Assembly (NCBI GenBank): GCA_963668355.1
Contig: OY764265.1
Location: forward strand, 576,001 to 640,000
Direction of reading: 5' to 3'
DNA: 64,000 nt
Source: Bdellovibrionota bacterium
GTDB lineage: Bacteria > Bdellovibrionota_G > JALEGL01 > DATDPG01
Shown here: positions 10,963-20,844 of the stretch, piece after piece
Layout: each line of letters begins with the position of its first letter
Position numbering within the stretch: position 1 is the first letter of the stretch
Position numbers and translations under genes: made by a program
The notes under the pieces: model-generated
What the model was told of the DNA's origin: nothing
What the model saw: only the letters and a program-made list of their open reading frames with translations
Database searches by the model: none

Positions 10963-11553
10963 ATGAAGTCATCAAAGACATTGGGGTTTTGGATCTTAGT
11001 TCTCGGATGGGGGTTTTTGATCCCTTCGGTGGCCTGGGCTTCGATGTATCAAATGCCACAATCGGCAAATACAACCAGCAGTAGCAATCTGGGGATCAAT
11101 CGGTCCACGCTCAATTCTTCATTCACCACCAGCACAGGGACCTTAAGCACGGTAGATCCGACGTACTTCAACAATTACACAAACGGCCTAACCCCCAACG
11201 CATCGACGCATCTTCAATTCCAACAACGACCCAATCTTACGCTTTCGGCGGGGGCATTTTTGTTTGAGTTGTTTACGGGAAGTGGGAGCCTTTCTTTTAC
11301 GGAGAAGCTCTTCAATTTCATTGGAGAAAACATTTTTGGTCCCATCAAATCATCGCTGAACGTAAGTACAGGGAGTCTCTCCGGCATTAACAACGCGGCT
11401 TCGGCTACAGCGGCGGTCCAGAATCCGTATCAAAACCTCATTTGCACTACGGGGGACTGTAATCCGTTCTCGAACTTCAATCAGGGAAACTCTACCCAGG
11501 ATGTTTTCAATTATCTCGGGGGCCAGACCCAAACCAATAATCAAACTCGATAG
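10963..11553 (+). CDS. Secreted Ser/Thr/Asn/Gln-rich hypothetical protein
   Basis: Signal peptide ending VAWA; mature part has very few charged residues. Confidence 0.7.
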   Translation: MKSSKTLGFWILVLGWGFLIPSVAWASMYQMPQSANTTSSSNLGINRSTLNSSFTTSTGTLSTVDPTYFNNYTNGLTPNASTHLQFQQRPNLTLSAGAFLFELFTGSGSLSFTEKLFNFIGENIFGPIKSSLNVSTGSLSGINNAASATAAVQNPYQNLICTTGDCNPFSNFNQGNSTQDVFNYLGGQTQTNNQTR

Positions 11554-11601
11554 GTGTTTCAACGCTTGATTTTTACTTCGGTCCCTGCAAAGAATAGGGA
11601 C

Positions 11602-11997
11602 ATGCGGAAAATCATCTTTTCAGTTCTGGCTTTATTTCTGATCACCGCTTGCGCCAAAAATCGGGTGGAGCAATTAACCAATCGAGCCGATGCCTATAAT
11701 CGAAGTTTGCGATGGTCGAGTTTGACGGCTGCATCCGCATTGATTGCGGATGAATCTCGAGGAAAAATGATAGATAAGCTTAGCAAGCTCATGAAATCAT
11801 CCCGCATTGTTGACTATTCCATTGTTGATTTGGGCCTCGACTCAGAAAAACTTCATGGATCTGTCGTGGTCGAATTTAGCTTTTACAATAACATCGATCA
11901 GAGCATGCGATATCGCCAAGAAATCCAGTCGTGGGAATTCGACAAGAAACAGGGCAAGTGGTTCATCAAAAAAGCTCGAACGACAGCCATCGAGTAG
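11602..11997 (+). CDS. Hypothetical lipoprotein
   Basis: MRKIIFSVLALFLITAC lipobox, upstream AGGGA. Confidence 0.7.
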   Translation: MRKIIFSVLALFLITACAKNRVEQLTNRADAYNRSLRWSSLTAASALIADESRGKMIDKLSKLMKSSRIVDYSIVDLGLDSEKLHGSVVVEFSFYNNIDQSMRYRQEIQSWEFDKKQGKWFIKKARTTAIE

Positions 11998-12060
11998 ACT
12001 CATAAAACGTCTTCTAAATGGACGTCTACCGGTTAGCGATCACCGGCTGCCACACCCTAT

Positions 12061-12486
12061 TTAAAAAGGAATGTCGTCGTCGGAGCCCGGTCCAGACATA
12101 TCTGGAGGAGGAGGCAAGTCGGGGGGCATATCTTTTCCGGTACCCGCACCATCTCGAGAGCCTAAGAATTGAATATTATTGGCTACGACCTCTGTTGTGT
12201 ATCTCTTATTTCCATCCTTGTCGTCCCAACTTCGGGTCTGAAGACGACCTTCTACATAGATTTGACGGCCCTTAGTGAGGTATTGCCCCGCCAATTCGGC
12301 AAGCTTTGACCAAACCACCACGCGATGCCATTCGGTCCGTTCTTCTTTTTGACCGTCTTTCCCTTTCCAAGACTCGCTGGTAGCTAGACGCAAGTTGGCC
12401 ACAGGAACGCCATTGCCGGTATAACGCATTTCGGGATCGGCTCCCAAATGTCCAACTAAAATCACCTTATTTACGCCACCAGCCAT
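12061..12486 (-). CDS. ssb: Single-stranded DNA-binding protein
   Basis: [25 protein letters not shown]-terminal DDDIPF. Confidence 0.97.
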   Translation of the reverse strand: MAGGVNKVILVGHLGADPEMRYTGNGVPVANLRLATSESWKGKDGQKEERTEWHRVVVWSKLAELAGQYLTKGRQIYVEGRLQTRSWDDKDGNKRYTTEVVANNIQFLGSRDGAGTGKDMPPDLPPPPDMSGPGSDDDIPF

Positions 12487-12631
12487 AAAACGCCTGCCTT
12501 TCCGTTTGAATGAAAACTGTGTTCTTCGTACGTTTCACCCATGCACTTGTCAAGATCGGGTAATCTCGCAACCGTAATCCTTCTGAATAATTGGCCATCT
12601 TCCGGAGTCCCGGTAAGCTTTGTAACCTGGA

Positions 12632-15055
12632 ATGCAGGCATTCATCAAAAACGTAACCGAATTCATCCATACACACACATGGGTGAATCAATTGCTCCAA
12701 TTGCTTCTTCTGATTGGAGTGGGATTTGCCATCTATTTTTTCTTCGTCGGAAAAAGGCTTAAGAAACTTCAAAACATCTTTCCCTTTCTTCAATCTTGGG
12801 TCGGAGATTCAGAAATTCGCCATTTAACGAAGGTTGGAGAATTTGCTAAAGCGGGAGACTTACTCATCGAAAAAGAGCAATTCGAAGAGGCCGCCATGGT
12901 CTTTGAACGAGGAAGATTGTTCGGACGCGCAGCAGACATTTACCTCCGCTTGGAGTTGCCCATGAAGGCCATTCAATATTATGAGAAGGCCGGAGAACAT
13001 GAGAAGGCCGCACAGCTGTGCTTGGATTTAAAACATTTTGATCGAGCGGAAAGAAACTTTGAGCAAGCCAACTTACTCCCCAAAATTGGAGATATTTATC
13101 TTTCGCGCGGTCTAAAAGAACTCGCGATCAACGCTTTTCAAAAAAACGGGCAAATCTCCAAAGCCGCGCAGGTCTTGGGGGAGTTGGGAAGATGGGAAGA
13201 AACCGGAAAGCTACTTCTAAAAACCGCCGAACAAGCCCGAAAAGAAACCTTGGCCATGCCCAATGAAACCACCGCCCCAGAAGTTCTAAGACAATTGAAA
13301 AAAGCGGCCCAAGCTTACGCCAAAGCTCAACACTTTGCGAAAGCGGCGCAGGTATTCGTTGAAGCCAAGGAGCTCAAACTGGCGGCCGATGCATTTATTC
13401 AAAGCGGAAACCGGAAGAAGGCCGCCGAAATCTTCCAAGAACTCGGAGAGCTCGAAAGAGCTGCTAGCCTTCTTGCCCAAGACGGAGATCCCGTTGCAGC
13501 CCTTCGTCTGGAAGGAGAGCAACTCCTTCAAAATGGGGAGTTGCAAGAAGCCATCGGAAAGTTTCAAAAAGCAGGGGATTTCTTCCGCGCAGGTGACATC
13601 TACCAAGACCTTCAAGAAAGCGAGAAAGCGGCGCTGATGTATGAGAAAGCGAACGAGTTTGCTCTAGCCGCCTCGCTTTATCGCGAAGAAGGACAACTCC
13701 AAAAAGCCGGAGTGATGTACGAAAAGGCTGAACTCTGGGGAGAAGCCATTGATTGCTTTCAAAGAGCCAATCTTCCGGAGCGAGAACTGTTGGCGTGGGA
13801 GAAGAAAGGTGACGGGTATGGTCTTGCCGGGTGCCTTCACCGACAAGGAATGTTAAAGGAAGCGTTGGATGCCCTGGAAAAAATTCCAGAGCAGCATCCA
13901 GATTTTCGATCTGCATTGTCCCTGAAAGGAAAAATATTTTTAGACCAAGGAGATCCCTTCAAAGCCAAAGAGCTCTTTTCCGAGGCCATTGCTGATTTAA
14001 AACAATTGGAAAGCAGTGATCTAGATACGATTTACAATCTCGCTGTCGCGTCTGAAAAGGCTGATGGCGACACCTCAGCCGTCGAAATCTTAGAGAGAAT
14101 GTTAGCGGAGGGAATGGTCGAAAACTCTGCCATTGAAAAAGCAAAGAATGTACGAAAGATCTTATCCGACCGAGCTTTCACACGGCTATCGCATCTAAAA
14201 GATTCTACTTCCGGGAGTGATGTGTTTGCCAAAAGTGAGGAAGCCATCACACAAGAAGCAACCGCTCCCCAAGTTCAACGCTATCGAAAAATGAACGAGA
14301 TCGGTCGAGGAGGAATGGGAATCGTCTACACGGCCAAGGATTCGACCTTGGATCGTGTTGTGGCCTTGAAAATTCTTTCCTCAGCCCTTCGAAAGAACGA
14401 ACAAGCGGTCAAAACGTTTTTACGAGAGGCGAAGGCGGCAGCGTCATTAAACCATCCTTACATCGTCACAGTTCATGATGCTGGAACCCAACAAGGAGAT
14501 CTCTACATTGCCATGGAGCTGATCGATGGAAAAACCATTAAAGAGATCATCCGATCCAAAGGAAAGCTTTCTTACACTTCGACGTTGGTCATTTTAAAAC
14601 AACTCTTGGAAGCCTTGAATTATGCCCATTCCAGAAATGTTGTGCACAGGGATCTCACGACCAGCAACATCATGTGGACAAAACAGAAGTCCATCAAAAT
14701 CATGGATTTCGGTTTGGCCAAAATCATTACCGAGCTATTGAGCGAGCAATCCATTGTAGGCGGAACCCCTTCGTTCATGTCTCCCGAACAAACGGTTGGG
14801 GATCCCATCGATCACCGGACGGACATTTATTCCTTGGGAATTTGCATTTATGAAATGTGCTTGGGCGTATTACCCTTTACGAAAGGAGATATGGGCTTCC
14901 ATCACATCCATACGCCCCCTCCCATTCCCAAACAAAAAGACCCCAAAATGCCTCAAGCCTTCAACGACATCATTTTAAAGTGCATGGAAAAGAAACCCGA
15001 GAATCGTTTCCAAAAGGTTGAGGAAATTCAGGAAATCATTAAAAACGGGCTATGA
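12632..15055 (+). CDS. Membrane-anchored TPR/SNAP-like repeat protein with C-terminal Hanks-type Ser/Thr kinase
   Basis: N-terminal TM; long helical repeats; IGRGGMGIVY, VALK, HRDLTTSN, DFG, GTPSFMSPEQ, DIYSLG. Confidence 0.9.
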   Translation: MQAFIKNVTEFIHTHTWVNQLLQLLLLIGVGFAIYFFFVGKRLKKLQNIFPFLQSWVGDSEIRHLTKVGEFAKAGDLLIEKEQFEEAAMVFERGRLFGRAADIYLRLELPMKAIQYYEKAGEHEKAAQLCLDLKHFDRAERNFEQANLLPKIGDIYLSRGLKELAINAFQKNGQISKAAQVLGELGRWEETGKLLLKTAEQARKETLAMPNETTAPEVLRQLKKAAQAYAKAQHFAKAAQVFVEAKELKLAADAFIQSGNRKKAAEIFQELGELERAASLLAQDGDPVAALRLEGEQLLQNGELQEAIGKFQKAGDFFRAGDIYQDLQESEKAALMYEKANEFALAASLYREEGQLQKAGVMYEKAELWGEAIDCFQRANLPERELLAWEKKGDGYGLAGCLHRQGMLKEALDALEKIPEQHPDFRSALSLKGKIFLDQGDPFKAKELFSEAIADLKQLESSDLDTIYNLAVASEKADGDTSAVEILERMLAEGMVENSAIEKAKNVRKILSDRAFTRLSHLKDSTSGSDVFAKSEEAITQEATAPQVQRYRKMNEIGRGGMGIVYTAKDSTLDRVVALKILSSALRKNEQAVKTFLREAKAAASLNHPYIVTVHDAGTQQGDLYIAMELIDGKTIKEIIRSKGKLSYTSTLVILKQLLEALNYAHSRNVVHRDLTTSNIMWTKQKSIKIMDFGLAKIITELLSEQSIVGGTPSFMSPEQTVGDPIDHRTDIYSLGICIYEMCLGVLPFTKGDMGFHHIHTPPPIPKQKDPKMPQAFNDIILKCMEKKPENRFQKVEEIQEIIKNGL

Positions 15056-16188
15056 CGCGTCATCCATATGTAAGACCCACCACGGCGCTGGTGGATGCGG
15101 AGGCTTTTCGCAGCAATTGGCGAACGATGAAACAGCGATTACCGAAACACACGGGCATCCTTGCCATTGTAAAAGCCAATGCCTATGGGCATGGCAGCGT
15201 TGAAATGACCAAACTCTGCCACGAAATGGGAGCCGTGGGAGTGGGTGTGGCCGACGTCTCCGAGGCAATTGTCCTAAGAGAATCCGGATATGAGGGAGAG
15301 ATTCTCTGTCTGGGAGCTATCCCCGAGAACGCCTCTTCTGAGGCCCTTCGATACAATCTCATTGTTACGCTCCATGACTTGGAAAATCTGGCCACTTTTG
15401 AACATTTTTCGAATGGCTTCGACCGTCCCATTCGGGTCCACCTAAAAGTCGACACGGGAATGCATCGGTTGGGAATTCCCAAAGCCGAATGGGAATATGC
15501 CGCAAACAAACTTCCTTCCATGGATTACCTAGCAGTGGAGGGCATTTTCACCCATTTGGCTGAATCCGACTCCTCAGACACCGAATTTACTCGAATGCAA
15601 ATTGAAGAATTTGAAGTGGCTGCCCCCCTGTTTGAAAAAAAACTCGGAAAAAAACTCATTCGGCACATTTCCAATAGCGGAGGCGCTTTGGGTCATGACT
15701 CTACTCATTTGGATTGGGTTCGCCCTGGAATCGCCTTGTATGGTTACCCTCCAAAGAAAGACTCGGACTTTAAGCCAGTATTACAGTGGAAAAGCCCCAT
15801 TCTTCAAATCAAAACCATCCAATCTGGAGACAGCGTAGGTTATGGTCGAGCCTTTCGTGCACAAAAGGAAATGACCATTGCAACGGTGGCGGCTGGATAT
15901 GGAGACGGATTTCGAATCGGATACGCTCCGGTGGGAGTCGGTTTTCGTGGACACCGCGTCCCGATCGTGGGAACCATTTGCATGGATTTAATGATGATTG
16001 ATGTCTCTCAGGAATCGAATGTTCAGGTGGGTGAAGAGGTTTTTCTTTTGGGTCCACCCTCCACGGGAGGACCTGATGCACGTGAGCTGGCTACCGCCGA
16101 ACACACCATTCCATACGAAGTGCTGACCAGCATCAGTGCCCGCGTCAGTCGGCAATACACTCGAATGGCCAAGGACGATCCATCGTGA
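15052..16188 (+). CDS. alr: Alanine racemase
   Basis: AIVKANAYGHG, HLKVDTGMHRLG, VRPGIALYG, GTICMD, TIPYE. Confidence 0.97.
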   Translation: MTRHPYVRPTTALVDAEAFRSNWRTMKQRLPKHTGILAIVKANAYGHGSVEMTKLCHEMGAVGVGVADVSEAIVLRESGYEGEILCLGAIPENASSEALRYNLIVTLHDLENLATFEHFSNGFDRPIRVHLKVDTGMHRLGIPKAEWEYAANKLPSMDYLAVEGIFTHLAESDSSDTEFTRMQIEEFEVAAPLFEKKLGKKLIRHISNSGGALGHDSTHLDWVRPGIALYGYPPKKDSDFKPVLQWKSPILQIKTIQSGDSVGYGRAFRAQKEMTIATVAAGYGDGFRIGYAPVGVGFRGHRVPIVGTICMDLMMIDVSQESNVQVGEEVFLLGPPSTGGPDARELATAEHTIPYEVLTSISARVSRQYTRMAKDDPS

Positions 16189-16988
16189 AGATTCCTGAGA
16201 AAGGTCCCATCTGGATTTTAGGCCGAATGGTCATTGCTTTGATCCATGCCTTTACCGTGGGCATCCATGAAACGGGTCGGATTTTTGTGTTTCTGGGTGC
16301 CAGTCTCAAGCAACTCTGGAGACCCCCCATTCGATGGAAGCTGACCATTGAACAAATGCACACCATCGGCGTGAGTTCCCTTTTTATCGTGGTTTTGACT
16401 GGAGCTTTCACGGGAATGGTTTTCTCGCTGCAAAGTGGACGGGCCTTCGCGTTGTTTCAAGCAGAAACCCTTACAGGAGCAGTCGCTTGTTTTTCCATCA
16501 CACGCGAATTGGCTCCGGTTCTGACAGCTTTAATGGTCACTGCACGTGCAGGATCTTCCATGGCGGCTCAAATCGGAACCATGCAGGTGACCCAACAAGT
16601 TGACGCGCTCATTTCCATGTCCATCAATCCCTTAAACTATCTCATCCTTCCCCGCATTCTCGCAGCCATTTTGGTTCTCCCCTTGTTAACCGCCATTTTT
16701 GATTTCATTGGAACCTTGGGAGCTTATGTCGTGGGAACGCAAGTTCTCAACATTCAAAAGGCGCTTTTCCTGGATAAAATTTATTACTACGTAGACGTTT
16801 CGGACATCGTTCAAGGTCTTTTTAAATCGGTTTTCTTTGGTGTCATTCTCGCGACCGTGAGTTGTTATCAGGGTTATCAAGCCCGTGGCGGGGCCGCAGG
16901 GGTCGGCGAGGTTACAACGAAGGCGGTCGTCATCTCTTCGGTAGCCATTTTGGTTTCAGACTATTTCATCACGGCGTTGTTATTTTAA
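16185..16988 (+). CDS. mlaE: MlaE-family ABC permease
   Basis: RELAPVLTAL...RAGSSMAAQIGTM.VTQQVDAL, GGAAGVG. Confidence 0.93.
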   Translation: MKIPEKGPIWILGRMVIALIHAFTVGIHETGRIFVFLGASLKQLWRPPIRWKLTIEQMHTIGVSSLFIVVLTGAFTGMVFSLQSGRAFALFQAETLTGAVACFSITRELAPVLTALMVTARAGSSMAAQIGTMQVTQQVDALISMSINPLNYLILPRILAAILVLPLLTAIFDFIGTLGAYVVGTQVLNIQKALFLDKIYYYVDVSDIVQGLFKSVFFGVILATVSCYQGYQARGGAAGVGEVTTKAVVISSVAILVSDYFITALLF

Positions 16989-16998
16989 AGGCGAGAGA

Positions 16999-17742
16999 AT
17001 GATTCAGATCGAAAATCTACATAAGTCCTTTCGCGGTCAAAAAGTTTTACAAGGTGTGAACTTGCATATTCCAAAAGGAAAAATTACCGCCATTATGGGG
17101 CCCAGCGGAGAAGGAAAATCTGTGCTCTTAAAGCATCTCATTGGCCTCTTGCGTCCGGACGAGGGAAAAGTGTTGATCGAAGGGGAAGACATCTCCCGAA
17201 TGAATTTCGATGAGCTGAATCGCATTCGAAAAAAAATCAGCATGCTTTTTCAAGATGCCGGTCTTTTTGACTATATGAACGTTTTTGAAAATGTCAGTTT
17301 TCCCCTTTATGAACACACCGATTTGAGTGATGGGGAAATTCGAGATTTGGTCCATTCCACCCTCGAGGAAGTCGGTCTCCGGGACATCGATGAAAAATTG
17401 CCCGGGGAATTGTCAGGAGGCATGAGAAAGCGTGTGGGACTGGCTCGTTCCTTGGTTTTGGAGCCCAAGGTCCTCCTTTTTGACGAACCCACGACAGGCT
17501 TGGACCCCATTATCACAGAGCAAATCGCGGATCTCATGGAAGAAACCCATCAAAGGCACCAGGTGACCGTGGTACTCATTTCTCATGATCTTCCCCTTTC
17601 TCTTCGATTGGCGAATCAGATCTCAATGCTCTATAAGGGGAAAATCATCGAATCTTCGACGCCAGACGATTTTTGTCGTTCTGAGCACGAATTCGTGAAA
17701 ACATTTATTGAGGCACAAGATCTGGTAGGAAAGAAGCAGTGA
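16999..17742 (+). CDS. mlaF: MlaF-family ABC ATPase
   Basis: GPSGEGKS, LSGGMRKRVGLAR, DEPTTGLDP; position between mlaE and the MCE gene. Confidence 0.92.
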   Translation: MIQIENLHKSFRGQKVLQGVNLHIPKGKITAIMGPSGEGKSVLLKHLIGLLRPDEGKVLIEGEDISRMNFDELNRIRKKISMLFQDAGLFDYMNVFENVSFPLYEHTDLSDGEIRDLVHSTLEEVGLRDIDEKLPGELSGGMRKRVGLARSLVLEPKVLLFDEPTTGLDPIITEQIADLMEETHQRHQVTVVLISHDLPLSLRLANQISMLYKGKIIESSTPDDFCRSEHEFVKTFIEAQDLVGKKQ

Positions 17743-19148
17743 AACGATTTCGTTCGACAGAATTTACAGTTGGTACGTTCGCTCTCTTGGGTCTGATGAT
17801 CATCATCTACATGTCGCTCAAGGTGAATGACCGCGGCGTCGTCGGAGGGGCCTCTCACTACTACCACGCTTATTTCACCTCGGTAAGTGGCTTGGTGGAA
17901 AAAGTGCCTGTGGAGGTGGCCGGAATTCCAGCTGGATATGTCAATGCCATTGAGTTGGAAGGTCCACGAGCCAAAGTAGTTCTGCGTATCCGAGGGGACA
18001 TCTCCATTCACGAAGACGCCTCCTTGACCGTTCGGGATCGGGGAATGTTGGGAGACCGATACATTGCCTTGGACCTGGGAACCCCTACTTTTCCTCTCAT
18101 CCCAAACAACGGCGAAATCAAAAGCACCTACTCCAGGAGCGACTTAGAACAAATCACTTCAGCGTTAAGCAAAACCACCAAGATCATTGACCGACTGCTG
18201 ACCTCGGATGATCCAGGGGGAGCGCTCGGAGACACAATTGTGAATCTTCGGGACACCACGAGCAAACTCAAAGATCTCGTCGGAGAAAATCAAGATCGAA
18301 TTGGGTCCATTCTTACGCATATGGAGAAATTTTCGGCCAATTTGAACGAAATCACCGATGAAAACAAAGAGCAGATCCACACGGTTTTGGTGACGTTAGA
18401 AGATGTCGCCAAATCTCTAAAAACGGCCTTGGGAAGTGACGGAAACTTCAACAAAAGCATGGCCAGCATTCAACGCATCACCGAAAAGGTTGAGCGAGGA
18501 GAGGGAACCGTCGGAAAGCTCCTCAACGACGAAACCACGATCAACAACATCAATGAGGCCGCCGAAGGACTCAAAGAGACTCTGGGACTCTACCGAAAAT
18601 TCAAATTGCAGATCGATTACCGGGGAGAATTCCTCATGGATGCGAAAGAAATGCAACATTTGGTTGGCTTCTCGCTTCATCCGGCTCCAGACAAATTCAT
18701 CGCCTTTGAACTCGTCGACGCCCCCTTGGGCGAAACCAATGTGACCGATACAACGGTAACTTCCAATGGAGCCGTTCTAAGCTCCACGGAGACGATTCAA
18801 ACCAGTGACAGTGTTTTGTTCAGTTTGTTTCTTGGAAAACGGTTTTGGGATCTCACCTTCCGTTTTGGCTTCATTCGAAGCAAGGGAGGCGCGGGTCTGG
18901 ACTACCACCTCTTCAAAGACAAATTGGTCTTGAGTGCAGAGGTATTTGATTTTTCCAGGCCCGGAGATCGAGCGCATATGCGCGCGTATGGCACGATCTA
19001 CCTCTACAAACATCTTTTACTCACAGGCGGGGCGGATGACGTCCTCACAAAGAATGGTGCACGAAATTATTTCTTTGGTGCGGGACTCCGCTTTAATGAT
19101 GAAGATTTGAAAGCTCTCGCGACGACCCTAGCGGGCTCTGCGTTTTAA
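17739..19148 (+). CDS. mlaD: Long MCE/MlaD protein with helical region and C-terminal beta-strand-rich domain
   Basis: N-terminal TM, MCE motif (SGL...VEVAGI.AG.V, GMLGDRYIAL), GEGTVGKLLND, C-terminal amphipathic strands. Confidence 0.85.
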   Translation: MKRFRSTEFTVGTFALLGLMIIIYMSLKVNDRGVVGGASHYYHAYFTSVSGLVEKVPVEVAGIPAGYVNAIELEGPRAKVVLRIRGDISIHEDASLTVRDRGMLGDRYIALDLGTPTFPLIPNNGEIKSTYSRSDLEQITSALSKTTKIIDRLLTSDDPGGALGDTIVNLRDTTSKLKDLVGENQDRIGSILTHMEKFSANLNEITDENKEQIHTVLVTLEDVAKSLKTALGSDGNFNKSMASIQRITEKVERGEGTVGKLLNDETTINNINEAAEGLKETLGLYRKFKLQIDYRGEFLMDAKEMQHLVGFSLHPAPDKFIAFELVDAPLGETNVTDTTVTSNGAVLSSTETIQTSDSVLFSLFLGKRFWDLTFRFGFIRSKGGAGLDYHLFKDKLVLSAEVFDFSRPGDRAHMRAYGTIYLYKHLLLTGGADDVLTKNGARNYFFGAGLRFNDEDLKALATTLAGSAF

Positions 19149-19210
19149 GAAATATTTGCCAAACACTCGTTGAATTTCGGTCTATTTTGAGGCATCTTGC
19201 CGCCATGACC

Positions 19211-20776
19211 ATGAGTGAATCCAAGGTTTCCATCCATCGAGCATTAATCAGTGTGAGTGATAAAACGGGCTTGGATAAGCTCGGAAGGGCTCTCGCTGAG
19301 TTAAACATTGAAATTCTATCCTCAGGCGGAACGGCGAAGTACCTTCAAGATCAAGGCATACCGGTCATTGAAATTTCGGACTTCACCGGTGCCCCCGAAA
19401 TGCTGGACGGGCGACTTAAAACGCTGCACCCCAAAGTTCATGGTGGAATTCTGGCGGTTCGTGACAATCCCAAACACATGGACCAATTGAAAAGCCAAGA
19501 CTACAAGCCCATTGATCTCGTGGTCGTAAATCTCTATCCGTTCGAGGAGACCATCCAAAAAGAAGGGGTTTCCTTCGGTGAAGTGATCGAAAAAATTGAC
19601 ATTGGAGGCCCGACGTTGTTGCGAGCGGCTGCGAAGAACTGGGCTTTTGTCACCACCTTGGTCGAACCTTCACAATATGAACCTTTCCTGGCCGAACTAT
19701 CTGAAAACCAAGGCCAAGTCAGTTCAGCCTTTCGGAAACAGGCTTGTCGTCGCGTGTTCGAACGAACGACCGCCTATGACAGCGCCATTTCGTCCTACTT
19801 TCAAAAAGACGATGAGGAAATTCCGGAACATTATTCTTTGGGCCTCCAACGCAAATGGTCCATGCGTTATGGCGAAAACCCTCACCAGAAGGCTGGCTTT
19901 TATCTTCCCACCAAAGCCTTTGGGCAAACCGTTTTGGAAAAGGTGCTTCAAGGCAAGCAACTGTCCTACAACAACCTGCTCGATGTTCATGGAGCCACTG
20001 ATTTGATCTGTGACCTTCCCGCTGACTATTCCGTGGCCATTTTAAAACATACGAATCCGTGTGGCGTGGGGCATTCTGAGACTTCTCTTTTAGAAGCTTA
20101 TGAACGGGCTCTATCCTGTGACCCCGTATCCGCTTTCGGAGGAATCGTTGTATTTTCAAACCCTGTAGACGGGGAAACGGCGAAAGTTTGTAACAAAACA
20201 TTTACAGAAATTGTGATCGCACCTTCTTTTTCAGCCGAAGCCCGAGAAGTGTTCAAAAAGAAAAAGAATCTGCGGCTTTTGGAGATCGACCTCACGGCTG
20301 TTCGAAAAGCTTTGGGCGGATATGATATTCGCCGATCGGCAGACGGCTATTTGATTCAAGAGCGAGATCGTCACAACGACATTTTGAGCGAAGCCGAGAT
20401 CAAAACGACTCGCCGACCGACAGAAAAGGAATTGAACGCACTCTCGTTGGGCTGGAAAGTCGTCAAACATGTAAAATCGAATGCCATTGTTTTCAGCACC
20501 GAAAATCAAACAGTCGGCATAGGCGCCGGGCAAATGAGCCGGGTGGACTCCAGTAAAATTGCGGCCATGAAAGCCAACCCTGACCTTCTCAAAGGATCCG
20601 TATTGGCCTCAGATGCCTTTTTCCCATTTCGGGACAGCATTGACGAGGCTGCCAAACATGGGATTACGGCGATCGTTCAACCCGGTGGGTCCATCCGAGA
20701 TGAAGAGGTTATCCAAGCTTGCAATGAACACGACATCGCGATGTTGTTCACGGGCCATCGCCATTTTAAACACTAG
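19211..20776 (+). CDS. purH: Bifunctional AICAR transformylase/IMP cyclohydrolase
   Basis: RALISVSDKTG, GRLKTLHP, IDIGGP, YGENPHQ, SDAFFPF, RHFKH. Confidence 0.97.
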   Translation: MSESKVSIHRALISVSDKTGLDKLGRALAELNIEILSSGGTAKYLQDQGIPVIEISDFTGAPEMLDGRLKTLHPKVHGGILAVRDNPKHMDQLKSQDYKPIDLVVVNLYPFEETIQKEGVSFGEVIEKIDIGGPTLLRAAAKNWAFVTTLVEPSQYEPFLAELSENQGQVSSAFRKQACRRVFERTTAYDSAISSYFQKDDEEIPEHYSLGLQRKWSMRYGENPHQKAGFYLPTKAFGQTVLEKVLQGKQLSYNNLLDVHGATDLICDLPADYSVAILKHTNPCGVGHSETSLLEAYERALSCDPVSAFGGIVVFSNPVDGETAKVCNKTFTEIVIAPSFSAEAREVFKKKKNLRLLEIDLTAVRKALGGYDIRRSADGYLIQERDRHNDILSEAEIKTTRRPTEKELNALSLGWKVVKHVKSNAIVFSTENQTVGIGAGQMSRVDSSKIAAMKANPDLLKGSVLASDAFFPFRDSIDEAAKHGITAIVQPGGSIRDEEVIQACNEHDIAMLFTGHRHFKH

Positions 20777-20844
20777 GGTTATCCGCCGAAAACATCCATT
20801 CAACCCTTCGCCAGACTTCATGATATGATGAATGGCTATTTTTC

